Of a DNA stretch of 64,000 bases, positions 30,474 through 45,600 are shown one piece after another. Numbering within the stretch: position 1 is the first letter of the stretch; every line of letters starts with the position of its first letter. The translations under genes were made by a program, and so were the position numbers. The DNA comes from Neocallimastix sp. 'constans' (Eukaryota), in NCBI GenBank assembly GCA_050613775.1, contig JBODTK010000142.1, positions 1 through 64,000 on the forward strand, in the 5' to 3' direction. Under the pieces are notes generated by a model, which was not told the origin of the DNA, did not search any database, and worked only from the letters and a program-made list of their open reading frames with translations.

Positions 30474-32000
30474 TTATGATTCAACTGGAGATATGTATGA
30501 ATTAACTCCATTATTCACTTGTTTCTGATTTGGGTAAAGATAATAATTTTGATTATTATTAAAATTTGGAGTTGTATTATTATTTATTTGATTAGTCGAA
30601 TTATTATAAGATGGAGTTGATACATTTGTATTCATATTTAAATTAATACCTTGTTCATTACCAACAACATTAGAAGTCCAATTTAATGGAGTAGAATTAC
30701 CTGCAGCAGCATTATTATTTTCCTTTGAAACTGGAGATAATGGTTCATTGTTTTGATAGACATTTTGTTGTTGGTTATTAACCATACCTGGTTGGTATTG
30801 TCCATTATTTTGATTCATATAGGGAGAATTATTGTTTTGTTGTTGATTGTTATTTGGATTAGCATTGTTTGTGGTAGTAGCGTTATTTACGTAGTTATAT
30901 GTAGAAGACATTTGCTTATTATTTAATGGTGGGGAAGGTAAGTTTCTTTGAGAAAAGTTTTGCATTTGTCCTGACATTGGTGGTTGTGCTTGATTATAAA
31001 TGTTTGAACCAGATGTAGTTACTCCAACCCCATTATTATTTTGTTGAACAATCGTTGTTGAAGAATTAGCAGAATTAAGATCAGCTCCAGTTGTTAATGG
31101 GTAATTATTTGTTTGTTGTTGAGCTTGTTGTGGTTGCTGTTGTTGATCAACAATACCAATTTGTTGGTTAACAATTCCAACATTTTGAGTTTGATTTGGT
31201 GGTGGCATATTATTGTTAGAATAGTTCATTGGATTAACAATTTGTTGAATTTGTTGACCATTATTTTGCTTAGACACAATTTGAGAACCTTGTGGATATT
31301 GAATATACATTTGTTGTTGATTTTGTGGATTATAATTTGAAGAGTTAGTATTATTAACCATAATTTGCTGTTCTTGAATTGGTTGTTCTTGAATTGGTTG
31401 AACATGAGTAACTTGTTGTTGACCCATGTATACATTTTGATTTTGATAAGTCATATTATTAGCTGCTTGTTGTTGTATTGAATTAGGGGCATATCCATTA
31501 TTTTGAGAATATTGATTCACTTGACCAGCTGGTGCAGCAGCATATTGATTTGATCCATTCATCATTGGTTGATAATTTTGGTTCATTTGTGGATAACCAA
31601 CAGAGTAACTAGCTCTTCTTGCAACACCATCCATACCATCTGGCATATAGTAATTATTTTCACGATCATAAAGATGAAGACTTAATCTTCTATTTCTATC
31701 AAATATATAACTATTTTGTGCTTCAGAGGCATCTCTCTTAAGCTTAGCACGACGGTTTTGGAACCAAATTTGAACAGCTCTTGAAGACATATCTAATTGT
31801 TGAGCTAAACGACTTCTTAAAGCAGCATTTGGTTTTTGTGTTTGTTCAAAAATTTCAGCTAATATTCTTGTTTCATCTGGTGAAAGTCTTCTTCTTCTCT
31901 TAACTTCCTTGGTTCCAGTTGGAGCTTCCTCTGGAATAGAATCTTCACGAGGAATAGTGTTGTCAACCAATTTTTCGTTTTTACTTTTTGTATCAGTCAT
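30474..32000 (-). CDS. Homeodomain transcription factor (non-TALE, Q50) with long Q/N-rich low-complexity C-terminus, 508 aa
   Basis: Uninterrupted ORF; homeodomain KRRRRLSPDETRILAEIFEQTQKPNAALRSRLAQQLDMSSRAVQIWFQNRRAKLKR. Confidence 0.93.
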   Translation of the reverse strand: MTDTKSKNEKLVDNTIPREDSIPEEAPTGTKEVKRRRRLSPDETRILAEIFEQTQKPNAALRSRLAQQLDMSSRAVQIWFQNRRAKLKRDASEAQNSYIFDRNRRLSLHLYDRENNYYMPDGMDGVARRASYSVGYPQMNQNYQPMMNGSNQYAAAPAGQVNQYSQNNGYAPNSIQQQAANNMTYQNQNVYMGQQQVTHVQPIQEQPIQEQQIMVNNTNSSNYNPQNQQQMYIQYPQGSQIVSKQNNGQQIQQIVNPMNYSNNNMPPPNQTQNVGIVNQQIGIVDQQQQPQQAQQQTNNYPLTTGADLNSANSSTTIVQQNNNGVGVTTSGSNIYNQAQPPMSGQMQNFSQRNLPSPPLNNKQMSSTYNYVNNATTTNNANPNNNQQQNNNSPYMNQNNGQYQPGMVNNQQQNVYQNNEPLSPVSKENNNAAAGNSTPLNWTSNVVGNEQGINLNMNTNVSTPSYNNSTNQINNNTTPNFNNNQNYYLYPNQKQVNNGVNSYISPVES

Positions 32001-34227
32001 ATTACTATTTTTATTTTATTTTATTTAAAAGTAAATTTAATACTGTCAATAACTTATTCTTATTAAATAGATATATTAATTCTATTTTATTAATACTTTT
32101 TACCAAAAAATAAAAAGAAATTTACCTTCTATTTTTCTGTTTAAATTATATTCCAAATTATAAAATCTAATTTTGTCTTTTTTTTTAAAAAAAATATATA
32201 TATATATATATTTTTAATTCTGTAATTTTGTAATAATATTTTATTTTACAAATTTCTAAATGTATTGATATTTTTACTTTATAAAATATTTTATAAGTAA
32301 ATAAAATAACACTATGATAATTTTTATTAATTTCTTTTAAAAGAAAAAAAATACATATATAATTAAATATGTATATATATATGTAAAACCGATATAAATT
32401 ATATTTGACAAAGTAAAATTTAATAATAAAAAAAAAATTAAAAAAAAATTTTTTTTATTTTTTTTTTAATATTTATATATTAAATATTTAACAAAATTTT
32501 AATTTAATTTTTAAACCAAAAAAATATTAAAATGAAATAAAAAAAAATTAAAGAAAAACTTTATACTTAAATATGAAAAAAAAAATTAAAAAAAATAAAT
32601 AAATAAATAATAGTATTATTTATATACTTTATAATTTTTATTTAAAAAGTTAATTTAATAATTAAATAATTAATACTTTAATATAATAATTATTAATATA
32701 TTTACAATATATAAATAATAGTAATTTGTAATATAATAAATATATAAAATAAAATATAAACCTTTATTATAAAATATGGAATATATCAAATAAATTATAT
32801 ATATTTTTATTTATTATAAAAATATTAATATTATCTTATTATTTATAATTATTAATAAAATAAATCAATAGCAATATAATAATAGTTTAATGAAATTTAT
32901 ATACTTAATTAATAATATATTATTTTAATAAATTATAAATGTAAAGAATAATTTTATTTCATTTATTATAATTTAGATAATGAATTCTATTTCTATAATA
33001 ATCAACACATACACTATTTATATTATATATTGTATTCTAATATATAGCATTCAATTTAATTAATAAAAATAATATATAAAATAGTCATTTTTTAATAGAA
33101 GCAATTAATATAATAAAATAACATATTAAAATAGTAATTCTTTTTTTTTCGTTTGTATTGTTTCTAATTATTTTATATATTTAATTGTAAATTAATATAT
33201 TACATGGAATTTAATAGATTAAAAAATTTAATTCTTAAATTATATAAATTAATATAATACAATAAATTTAATAAAAAAAATTTTTTAATTAACGTATAAA
33301 TTAATTTATATTATTTATATTATTTATATTGATAATATTATAAAAATAAATTAAAAATCAATTAAGCCTAGATATTTATAATATTATTAATATAATGCAA
33401 TATATAATTAATAAATAATATTAAATTTTTAATTTATAACATTATATAATTTTAATATATCTCGAGATATATTATTTCTATTAAATGATAAATATAAATA
33501 GGATTATATTAAAATAAATAAATTTAATATTAAATAAAAATTATATTGTTGGTTATCACATTTTATTATTAATTATATTTACAAACTAAATATTAAAATA
33601 TTCTCAATAAATATATTTTTTTTTTATAATTGAAATTTTCTTTATATTTTAAAGAAAAATATAATATTTATTAACCAAATCTTTAATCTTAAAAATGATT
33701 AGCTTTCATTTTAGCATAAATGTTTTAATTGAAATAAATAATTATTAATAATAATAAATTAAATATTAATAAATTCAAATTAAAAATAAAATAATATAAA
33801 AATTATTTAATATAAGTTAAAGAGAAATAAATATAATTACACTGTTTTTTTTTTTTTTTGAAAAAACTTCCTTATCTTATTATTTTGAAGGAAAAAAAAA
33901 TAAGGAAATTTTTTATAAACTTTTCATCTAATTTAAATTAAAATTATCTATAGTTTTATTTTCACCATGCCATTATTTTATTATTAACATTATTATTATT
34001 AGTATATAATTTTCACATATAAAATTTTAAAAAAAAATAATAAAATAAAAATAAAAATAAAAAATTATACAAATTATCTATTTCTGTGTATATATTGTTA
34101 ATATATTTTTATAAATTGATATATATTATAACTTTATTTCTATTCCATGAAAATAAAATTTTCATTGTACAATAAAAAAATATCACAGTTCCACTAATCG
34201 ATTAATAATAAAATTATTTATTATAGT

Positions 34228-34435
34228 TTATATTATTTATTATTTATTATTAACTATTTATTATTTATTATTTATTATTTATTATTTATTATTTATTATT
34301 TATTATTTATTATTTATTATTTATTATTTATTATTTATTATTTATTATTTATTATTTATTATTTATTATTTATTATTTATTATTTATTATTTATTATTTA
34401 TTATTTATATTATTATTTGTTTATTATTTATTATT
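34228..34435. repeat. (TTATTTA)n microsatellite
   Basis: Read directly from the sequence. Confidence 0.9.
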
Positions 34436-37400
34436 TATATTTTATATTTTGAATTATTATATTATTTTGATTATAAATTGACCATAATTAATATCTGAAT
34501 TTACTAATATTTTTATTATAAATTTTATTTTTATTTATTTTTATTTATAAATTTTATTTTTATTTATTTTTATAATAAATTATTTAGGTAATACAAAAAA
34601 ATATAGTATCATGTATTACTATTATTATTATTATTATACTATTATTATATTACTATTATTAGTATTATTATTACTATTATTGATATTACTATTATTGCTA
34701 TTATTAGTATATTTATTACTATTACTGATATTACTATTATAAATATACAAAACTTTAAAATTTTTCTGCTAAAGTTCTGATAATCAAAATATTTATAATT
34801 TAATATTTTATATGTAATTAAAGTTAAGTTATTTTTCGTTAATACCATATGATAGGATAATATATTTTTTTACAAATATGTAAATAAAAAAAAAAAAAAT
34901 CACATCACTATGAAGTATTTTTTCATTAAGTATATTCATAATAAGCAGTCATAATAAGCAGAAATATATTTATATTATTAACAAGTAATTAATATTTAAA
35001 AAAAAATAGTGATTAAACTTAATATTAATTATTTATCATATTTTAAAAACTTCCAAACATTTAAAAAAAATAATAATAATAAAATAAAATAAAATAATCC
35101 ATTTAATAATTATATAAAAATAAAAATAAAAAAAAAAAATACTTTAATAATTATCATATTTTAAACGGAAATTGTACAATGGTCAAATTTGCTTTTAATT
35201 AAATGTTTACTATATATTATCAATTTAATATAAATATATTGATATATTCTATTTAACTAATATTTTATAGTATAATGTCTTATTAAATAAATTATCATCT
35301 ATTTATTTTTCTCAAATTAATTTATAATAATTAATGCTATTTACTATTTATTATAAAATTAAATAAATAAATCTTGGATTACAGTTGAACTTTTTTTTTT
35401 TTATTGATATAATTTATATAATTTAAAATTAAAAAATATAATATTTAAATAATATTACTTAATTTAAAAACAATAATTATCTAATTAAAATTTAATATAT
35501 TGTGGATATATACTTTAATATTGTAAATTATTTTCTAATTCTTTTATAATTTATTTTTAATATATAAAGGACGTTTACTAATAATAATTTAATATTTTTC
35601 GGCTTTAAAAATAAAAATTTAATTTAATTTAATAAATTTAAAAAAAAAAACTCCTAAATAGTATACTTTTAAATATATATTTCTAAATATATATTTTTTT
35701 TATTTCTTACCATAAATTAAATGACAAAGCTTATTATTATATATATTTTTATATTTTAATCTTAATAACTAAAAGTATATTAATTTATTTATTTATATTT
35801 AATAAAAATAAAAATCTAAATATTATGATTTTATTATTAATACTTTTTATTATTATTATTATTATTATTATTTTTAAATCTTTTAAAATTAATGATATTA
35901 ATATTTTATTTTATTTTATTTTATTTAATTTTGTTTTATTTTATTTTATTTTATGAACTAAATAAAAAAAATTTGTATTAAAATGTGTAAATTATGATAT
36001 ATTGAAAATAAATTAAACTTTTATTGGAACTAAAAATTAATAATAATATTATTATTAGTATTATTAAATTTTAAAATATAAAAAAAAAAAACAAGAATTA
36101 TGAACTAGTAAATGTATTAGTTAAAACATCAGTATAAATTTACCATTATTTTATTAATAGTATAATTCAAAAATATATATATATTTAATTTTTAAAATAT
36201 TTCGTTAATTCAATTGGATTAAAATTATATGAGAAATTATGAAAATTTTTCATATATCATTACCATATTATTAAATAAAGCAATATAATATTATTGATAT
36301 ACCATAGAATTTCATTAAATATATTGAAATCTTCATTTCACAATATTATTATCAAAAAAATTATTTAATTTATTATTAAAAATTTTCAAAAAGATATTAC
36401 AAATTAGCCCTTTTTTTTAATTAAGAATAAAAATTTTTTTTACTAAAGTAAAACGTTATTTCATTTTTAATATATAAATTATTTGTATTAATCTGTTATT
36501 TGATACGGAATATTTAGTATTATTATTATATTAAATTATAAAACTAAAAGATTAAAAATAATAATAATAATAAATAAATAAATAAATAAATAAGTTGATA
36601 TTTCATTATATAATAAATTGAAATATTTATTTATATATTTTTTGTTAAAAAAATTAAATAAATCCAAAAAGTTTTTTTTATGAATAAATATCAGATTTTA
36701 AAGATATGAAGAGAAAAATAAATTTTAAATTAATAGATATAATAAAAAAAAATTTTTTTTTTTTAATAAAATCTTTATGCATGTTTTTTCTAATAATTAA
36801 AATTATTAATATAATCCTTGGTGAAATTATATTATAGTATACAATATTTTAAATATATATATTATTTAATTCTTTTCACTCTGACACTTTACCTTAAAAA
36901 TTTTTTTTTTAATTTTATTATTGCTTTAGTTTTTGTTTTTTGCTTTTTTTTATTAATAAATTAAAAATATATTAGCAATGTTTCATTTTATGGAATTCTT
37001 GTGTAATGACTTTTACCTTTATATAATAATTAAAGTTTAATGGCAAAACGAGTTTTTCAAAATAAAAATTATTTTTTCCCGAACAATAAAAAAATTTTTG
37101 GATATCTTAAATTTAAATAAATAATATATTTTTAATTTTTTTTAATTAAATAATATTAACTTTTTATTTTATATTTATTTAAAAAAAAAAGAATGTAATA
37201 TTAATTAAATAAAATAAAAAAATAATAAATATTTGATAATATATATAATCATATATTGTAAATCACTAATAATGTAATTTAAATCAATAATGAATTTTAA
37301 AACCAAAAAATTTATTTAATAAAAATTAATAATAATAATAATAATAATTATAAAAATTAAGTTGGTTGAAGTAATTATTATCGATTTTTTATTTTTGTAA

Positions 37401-40400
37401 TAATTATAGGATTAAAAAAGGGAAAATAATAAAATAAAATAAAATAAATTTATTAGATCTATATTAACATTAAAAATTTGTTACATTAAATAATTGTTTT
37501 ATTAAAAAAAAAAATTGTAGATAATAAATGTATTTATTAAAAATTAATATATAAATTTATTTTATATGTATATATTTATATCAATATTTATTAATAATAA
37601 TATTATTGGTAAGGAAAAATAATTAAATTAAATTGACCATTTTTGTTTATTATTATTTTAATAAATTTGTGATATTAAAATATAAATAAAAAAATATATA
37701 TCAATATTAAATAAATGATAAAATATTTTATTTCCTATTATTTTTGAAAATGTTTTTATTCAAGCATTGTTTAAAATAAAAAATTAGAATTTAAATTTAT
37801 TATTAAAGAATTGTAATAATATGCATATGCATATTCTAAAAAATAATAAAATTATAAAAAATTATAAAATTATTATAATAATTTATTTTAATTAATCTAA
37901 TTTTTAAGTAATATTTTTCAGTAATCAAACTTTGAATATTAAAACTCATCTAAAAAAAATATGGAAAAAAACTTTATTATTGAAATAATTTATTGATAAA
38001 GTCAGAAAAAAAATATTCACATTATTCCTAATAGTTATAAAATATTTAATTCAATATAACAATTAATAATTAAAAATAAATTCAATATATTCAGTATAAC
38101 ATGAACAAAAGTAAAAAGTAATTTTACCCATAATGATATTAAAGTTTTATTAATAAAATGTATTTATTTATTTTTTTTTTTTTTTTAATTTTTTTTTTCT
38201 TTAAGCAGCTCAAAATTTATTAAGCTATATCTAATAAATGTACATGATTTATTTCACAAAAAAAAAAAAAAAAAAAAGAATTAAATGCTCATTTTAAAAA
38301 ACAAATTATTATTTTTTTTATTAAAATAAAAAGGTAATATATTCTAGTAAATACTATTTTAAATAAAGGATTTCAAATAGGTTAGGTTATATATAACCTA
38401 TTTGAAAATTTAATATTTTTATATATATAATTTTTTTGATATATATAAATTAAAAGAAGTAGATAATATATATACATTTTAAATTAAGTAATAATTATAA
38501 ATCAATTTTTTTCCACAAAATTTTTATACTTTCATCCTTTAGAAATTATCATCATATTTTTTATTTTATTTTATTATTATTTTTTTCTTTTGAACAAAGT
38601 TAATTATAAATTATTAAAATAAATAATAAATAATAAATAATTTATTTGAATATTTTATATATTATAAAATTATTGGAACAAAAAATAAAAAATCAAGGAC
38701 TTGCTTATATTTAATGAATAACAAAAAAAAAAAAAAAAAACTGTTTTTAAGTTCTATTTTCATTATAATGTTAATTTATAGTTTCACTATGTTCCAAATA
38801 AATAGTATTAGTTAATTTATAATATATAATATATATATATATATATACTAGAATATTATTTTAAATCAATTTAAAAATTTTTTTTTAAAAGTATATAATA
38901 CAAATATTCAATATATTCAATATATTATAATAAATATAGATATATATTTAACAATATACTTAATCATATAATATAAATATATTTTATAACTTTATATAAA
39001 TATTTTATTATATTATTTATGAAAATAAAAAATTTCTTATTCACTTTAGGTCACACAATACTAAATCTCTAAATAAATGCTATAATTTTTTACTTGTAAT
39101 AATAATAATAAATATTATTATATGAGGGATACATTGTTATACAATAAACTTTTATCATTCAAAATTTAATAAATTTAATATAATTTTAATATATTAAATT
39201 AAAATTAAATTATTTATTTTTTATTACAAATATTATATTAATAACAATAATTTAAATAATTAGTAATTGCTTGGTAATTTTTTTTTTTAAAAATACAATA
39301 ATAAAGAAATATATTTTCTTAATAACTACATAAATAATTAAATTACCAATATGATAAATGAATATATATATAAAACGGTTCGTTTATTATTAATTATTAT
39401 TATTAAATAATTTTAAATAATTAATTATCATTAGTATTTATTATCATTATTTTTTTTTTAGAACAAGAAAATATCCTAATTGAATCTTATAACTCTAGAA
39501 AGGGTGATTCTTTAATAAAGTTTTTTTTTTTTTTTTATTTTTTTTTTATTTTTTAAATCTACCGTTTCAAGAAACTATTAGTTGATTTACTTTTGTTTCA
39601 ACTTTCTCTTTTATTACAACAATGAAACAACTTATTTATTGCCCTAACCAACTGAATAAGAGTACACATATCAATATATATACCAATGAAATAGTAGCAA
39701 TAAAAAATAAAAATAGTTTATATATTTTATTATTAAAAGCAGAAAATAAGTTATTTTTAGAAATAAATTTAAATGTATATATTTCTTTTTTCTTTTTTTT
39801 CTTTCCATTGTTCTATTATAAATTATCTTTGCTGCTATTTTTAAAAATAAATTTATAAAAATATTTCTTTTTTTCTTTCCATTGTTCTATTATAAATTAT
39901 CTTTGTTGCTATTTTTTAATTATTATTATTATTTTTTAATTTTCTTTATTACTTATAGAAAAAATTTTTCCATTTATAGATGAAACTGTAAGTGAAAGAA
40001 AAAAAAATATTAAGTTTTAATTATGTTATTATCTTCATTTTTTATATTAAAAAAATTTTATTTTATAAAAATATATTAAATAGAATTAATCAATCAATTA
40101 ATATATTAGATAATTTATTTTTTTAAATTAATTATATATATATATTAAATTCAAAATATTATTATGTTATATATGTAATAATATATATAATATATATTAG
40201 ATCTTTTTTTGAAATTTTAAGTTACGTAAGATTTATTTTTATTTATATTAAATATTTGATTAGGGTTACTTTTTTATTTGAGATGAATTTTTTTTTTATT
40301 CTGGGAATAAAAAATTTATACTTTTTTTTTTTTTTAAAAAAAAGGGAACAGATTAAGATGATTAAGAAAAAATGTTAATTAAAATTTTTCAAATAGAGTT

Positions 40401-42612
40401 TTAATACAGTAAAAAAAAAACACAATTTATAATAATAATTATTAATATTATAAAAATTTTATTAGTAATATTTCAAAATAATAGTAAAAATAATAGCTAC
40501 TAAAATAATATTAAGAGTATTGAATAATACAATAATGTAACAAAAAATATAAAGAAGCCGCTTATAAAAATTTTTTTTGCTTAAAATAAAAATATTAAAT
40601 ATAATACTTATTATTCATTTATTTAATATTTTTTGTCATACAATAAGTATTAATTATCTTGGGATATTTTTTTTTTAATATTTCATTTATTTAATTTATT
40701 ATAAATATTGTTTTTTAATAATATTATAATTATTTTTTTTTTCCTGAATATTTGAAATTGAGTAATTATCATTAAATTATTATTTTCTATTTTTAATTGA
40801 AATTTAATAAATATATTTTTAAATGGCTGTTCTATATATGTATTCATTAATAATCATTAATGAATAATAATCTAAGTTTTTTCCGTCAGCCCAAATGATT
40901 CATATAATTATATTTAATAAAAAAAAAAAAAATTAAATTAATATTAAAAATTAGTATAAATAATAAAATTTTAATATATAATAAATTAGTATATATTGAT
41001 CAACTTTTTTTTTATATAATTATCAAAAATGCATAATTTAATTTTTTTATAAAAAAAATTTTTTTGTCTTAAACCTTTTTTTTTATTTATATATTTTTAT
41101 AAAGTAGGGTGTGCTTTTGTATGTATATAATATATAAATATATATATATGTAGGTATATATATTTTTTAGTATTTATATAGAAAGGAAAGAAAAATTCTT
41201 CATATTATTCAATGAACTAAGTAATAAAGACATGATATAATTATGAAATATAATTAATACTTCTTCAATAATTTAAAGTTAATATAAAAAAAGAAAATAA
41301 AAAATTTATCAAAACATTAATATAATTATATTACAATTGTCGACTTTATACTTCATAAAATACAGAATTAGTATTAATAATATTTATATTCAAATAAAAA
41401 AAATCATTACTCATATAAAAATATGTTAGCATTAAATATATTAATAAAGTATTAATTTCATATTTAATATTTCAATAATGAATAAATTTAAAGATTCATA
41501 TATTGATTTAACTATATTAATTTTAATATTTTTTTTAATTTTTTTTTACCCGGATGGTATATATAATTTGCTTTTCAAAAAAAAAAAATACATATTTATG
41601 TTTTTCTATAAAAAAAAATTCTTTCTACAAAAAAATGTATTATTTAAAAATTACTTTATATGGAAATTTTTTTATTAAAATTTCTTTATTTAGTTTAATG
41701 AGTCTATGATTCAGAAAGAAAAAAAATAGAATAGTATATATAAAAAAATTTTTTTTTTTTAATATACAATATTTTTAAATCTAAAATTTTGAAATTAAAT
41801 AATTTAGTCTATATTATAATATATATAATTAATTTATTTTATGAAAAATAACTAAATTATAAAATTTACTAAATAAAGAAAAAAATTATATATTTAACCT
41901 AATTTTATAAAAAAAGATAGGAAGATGATAATTTAGATTTCATTAATAATTAATATATTAAACTTTTTATATTTATTTTCATTTTAGTGAATCCAAGTGG
42001 AACAGTTGATAGAATAAATATTATATTCATTTGGATTTGAGGCATTTATAAAAAGTTTTATATAAAGTTTTTTTAAAGTTTTGATATATTAAAGTTATTT
42101 TTTATTTTATAAATTTGTAATAATAATTATATTCACTTTTTTTTTTATAATCAAATCTTTTAATTAAAATAAATGAAATGTTGTAAAAAAAAAGGTAAAA
42201 TTGTATTGTTGAAAAAAGAAGGTAATAATTGCAATGATAATATATATTATTTTACATAATTACTATTAAATTAATTATTTCTAAAATACGAAATTACGAA
42301 AATCAATTTATATGTGGTTATAAAAAAAAAATTAATATTGAAGTAAATCATATCATCATCATTATTAAATAGTATTTATTAAAATAAAAACTATATACCA
42401 TAAAATTTTATGAATATTTTTGTAAATATATAATATAAAAATAAAGGTAGTATTTCTAAGCCACAGGTTTTAAAATTATCCATAATAAATTGATATAGTT
42501 TAAAAGACAACCTTGATTTGCTAAATGTATCAAAAATTTAAGATTATTATTATTATCTTTTTTTTCTATAGTTATTTTGTAATTTTTTTTTAATTATATT
42601 AAAATTTATTTT

Positions 42613-42651
<39 letters not shown>

Positions 42652-45600
42652 TATTTTAATTTTATATTTTGTAACTTTTATAAAAAAATTTTGAGGGGTT
42701 ATTTAAAAATCACTAAAATGTTTGTCATATTTTGTTTATTAAAACTGAATAGAGAATAATAAGTTTTCATTTATAATGTGTATTTACTAAAAAAAAAAAA
42801 TAATACAAAATTTAATAAAAAAAAAAAACCTTGATATACTTTATTGATATATTAAAAAATTTTGATTAATAATTATGAAATTTACTTTAATAAGAAAAAA
42901 AGAAAATTATTCAAATATATTTTAATAATAATTAATTTATTTAGAATTCATAAAAAAAATTATAAATTATATATATTTTTATTTTGACTTAACTTCAGTT
43001 TTATTACAAAAGGGTCTTTTTTGAGTTTATTATAATATTTAATTTTTTTAATTAATAAGAAATAAATAAAGAGCCGTTTTTTTGTTTATTTTAAATTATT
43101 ATTAATAACAAAAATAAAAAAAAAGGTTGAACTTCCATATAAAGATAGATTATTAATTATAGAATCATACGATATTTATTAAGGAAATATTTATAATTAA
43201 TTTCTTTTTTTATATAATTTTTAAATGTGTTATAAATATAAAATTGTATTAATTTAAATTAAAATATTTTGATTTATATATATTTTAATTTATATATTTT
43301 TGATGTATAATATATAAATATATTTTAATTTATTAGTAATATTTAAAGTTACAATATTAAATAAAATTAAATTAATTTTGTATAGGTTCTTTGTATAGGA
43401 AAAAAAGTGACACTAGATGATAATATCATGTATTATTCTAAAAAGAAACTATTTTTTTTTTTTTTTTTTTTTTTAAGTTTTCGTGTTCTTAATATTAATC
43501 ATAATGAATAATATTTGATTTTCTAAAACATCACCCATGCAAATGCATTCTATAGGCGTATATCAGTTTAATAATATAGTAATAGTAATTAGTAATTTGT
43601 TTTTATATATTCATTTTATTATAATGAAGAAATATAGAATGAAATAAAATAAAAAAACTACAATATATTATTAATAGTATTGAAGACAAAATATATATAT
43701 AAATAACTTTAATAATTAAAGAAAGTATTTCTAAATAAATTGTATATTTTTTTCTATTCTAATAAATGAAAAATAAATGAATAAATAGATTAAAATTTTA
43801 TTTTAAGCATTAAAAGGAATATTCAAAGGTCAATAATAATACTATAATATTAATTTAAAATGCCCTTTTTTTTTTATTTTTTTTTTTTAAATGTGTAATT
43901 TATATGAATTATTATTTATTTTGAAAATTTAATAATAATATTATTTAGATTTTTATATTAAAATAAACATCTTAATGATCTAATTTTTATTTATTGACTT
44001 TTATCTATTCTCATTAGTTGAAATTTATTAAAAGTAATATTTATATATTTATATATTTTATTAGTAATATTCTTTCGTAGAAATATGTAAAAGAATATGT
44101 AAAAAAATAACGAGAAAAAAACTAATTATATAATAAAGTATAATTATTATTGAATATTAAATATGATTTAAATTTATTATCATCATAGACTAATATTTAT
44201 AAAATTATACTATTCAAAGTTAATTATCCTTATGAGAGTTTTATTTAAAGCATTAATAAAATTTTAAAATAAAAAAAATATATAATTATTGTACTTCAAA
44301 TGATTATTCACAAATTTAAATTTATAATTTATTTATAAATATTCCATTACATTAAATTGAATCATAAATAAATAAGAGTTTAAATTTTTATTATATATAA
44401 TAGAAATAGAAAGTCAATTTAATTAAAGTTTGTTTTGTAACCTAGTTTAAATATTAAATTTTATTTTCTTTTATTGTATCATTTACCGTTTAAGGAATAA
44501 ACAATAGATTATAATGTGCATTTTATTTTAATTTAATTTTTTTTTTGTAATTTAAAAAAATAAAACAAAATCACAATATTATGTATAAAAATGGTTATAT
44601 TAAGATTGTAATTAAGAGGTGAAAAAATGTGTTAATTAATATATAGAAAAACTTTATATTAATATAATTTTATTTTCTATTTATTAAAATAAAATACAAA
44701 TGAATTTATTTTATTTCGTTTTAATATATTTATTTAATATATATTTAATTTTATTTATTAATTTATAATGTAAAAATAAAATATAAAAATAAAAAAAAAA
44801 AGAATATATAATGAATGATTTAAAAAAAAATTCTTACATTATAAAACAAAGTTTTATATAATTAAAATTTTTATTATTAATATATATTTAGCTTTGTATA
44901 TTAAATTGTACAAAATTCTTTTAATTTAATGAATCAAATACAAAATAGCACAGTTCATACGAAAAACACATTGGAATCAAAACTTAAAGAAAAATAAGTT
45001 TATGATATTTTAAAATAGAAATATATAATTTTAAATTTGAAACACGAAAGATATTTTAATTGAAATATTGAAATAAATTTAAAAAATATATATTTATATA
45101 TATTTTTTTTAATAAAAAACTTTTAAAAAATATTAAACTGAAAAATTTACAAGAATTTTATTTTATTATGTTTTATTTATTATATTTATTAATGCTACTT
45201 TTATTTGTAAATAATTCTAGTTATAACTATTATTATTTCAATTGTAAATATTTTATATTTTAAATAATTCAGATAATTTTTAATAGAGTATTTCAGTGAC
45301 AATACTTTATTATTATCCAATAATGAAAATAATTAAGAATTGACATAAAAATATATATGTATATATACATTTATATATTATATATTTTTGGCAAATCATA
45401 AACTTTAATATATCATATTATAGAAATTAATTATATATATTGAATTTATTCTTTTAATAGTTTTATAATAAAAATATATAAAAGTGTATTGTTTATATAT
45501 AAATATGATATTGGAATATGGCTTTATATTGTAAATATATATATTTATCGAATATAATATTTGGCTATAATTAAAAAGAAAATGAAAAAATTTCCTAAAA

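Noticed and set aside
31113..31435. Overlapping ORFs inside the homeobox gene, and antisense ORFs 55117-55455, 56190-56432 and 58201-58467
   Set aside because: Shadow frames of real or relic coding sequence with no independent support.
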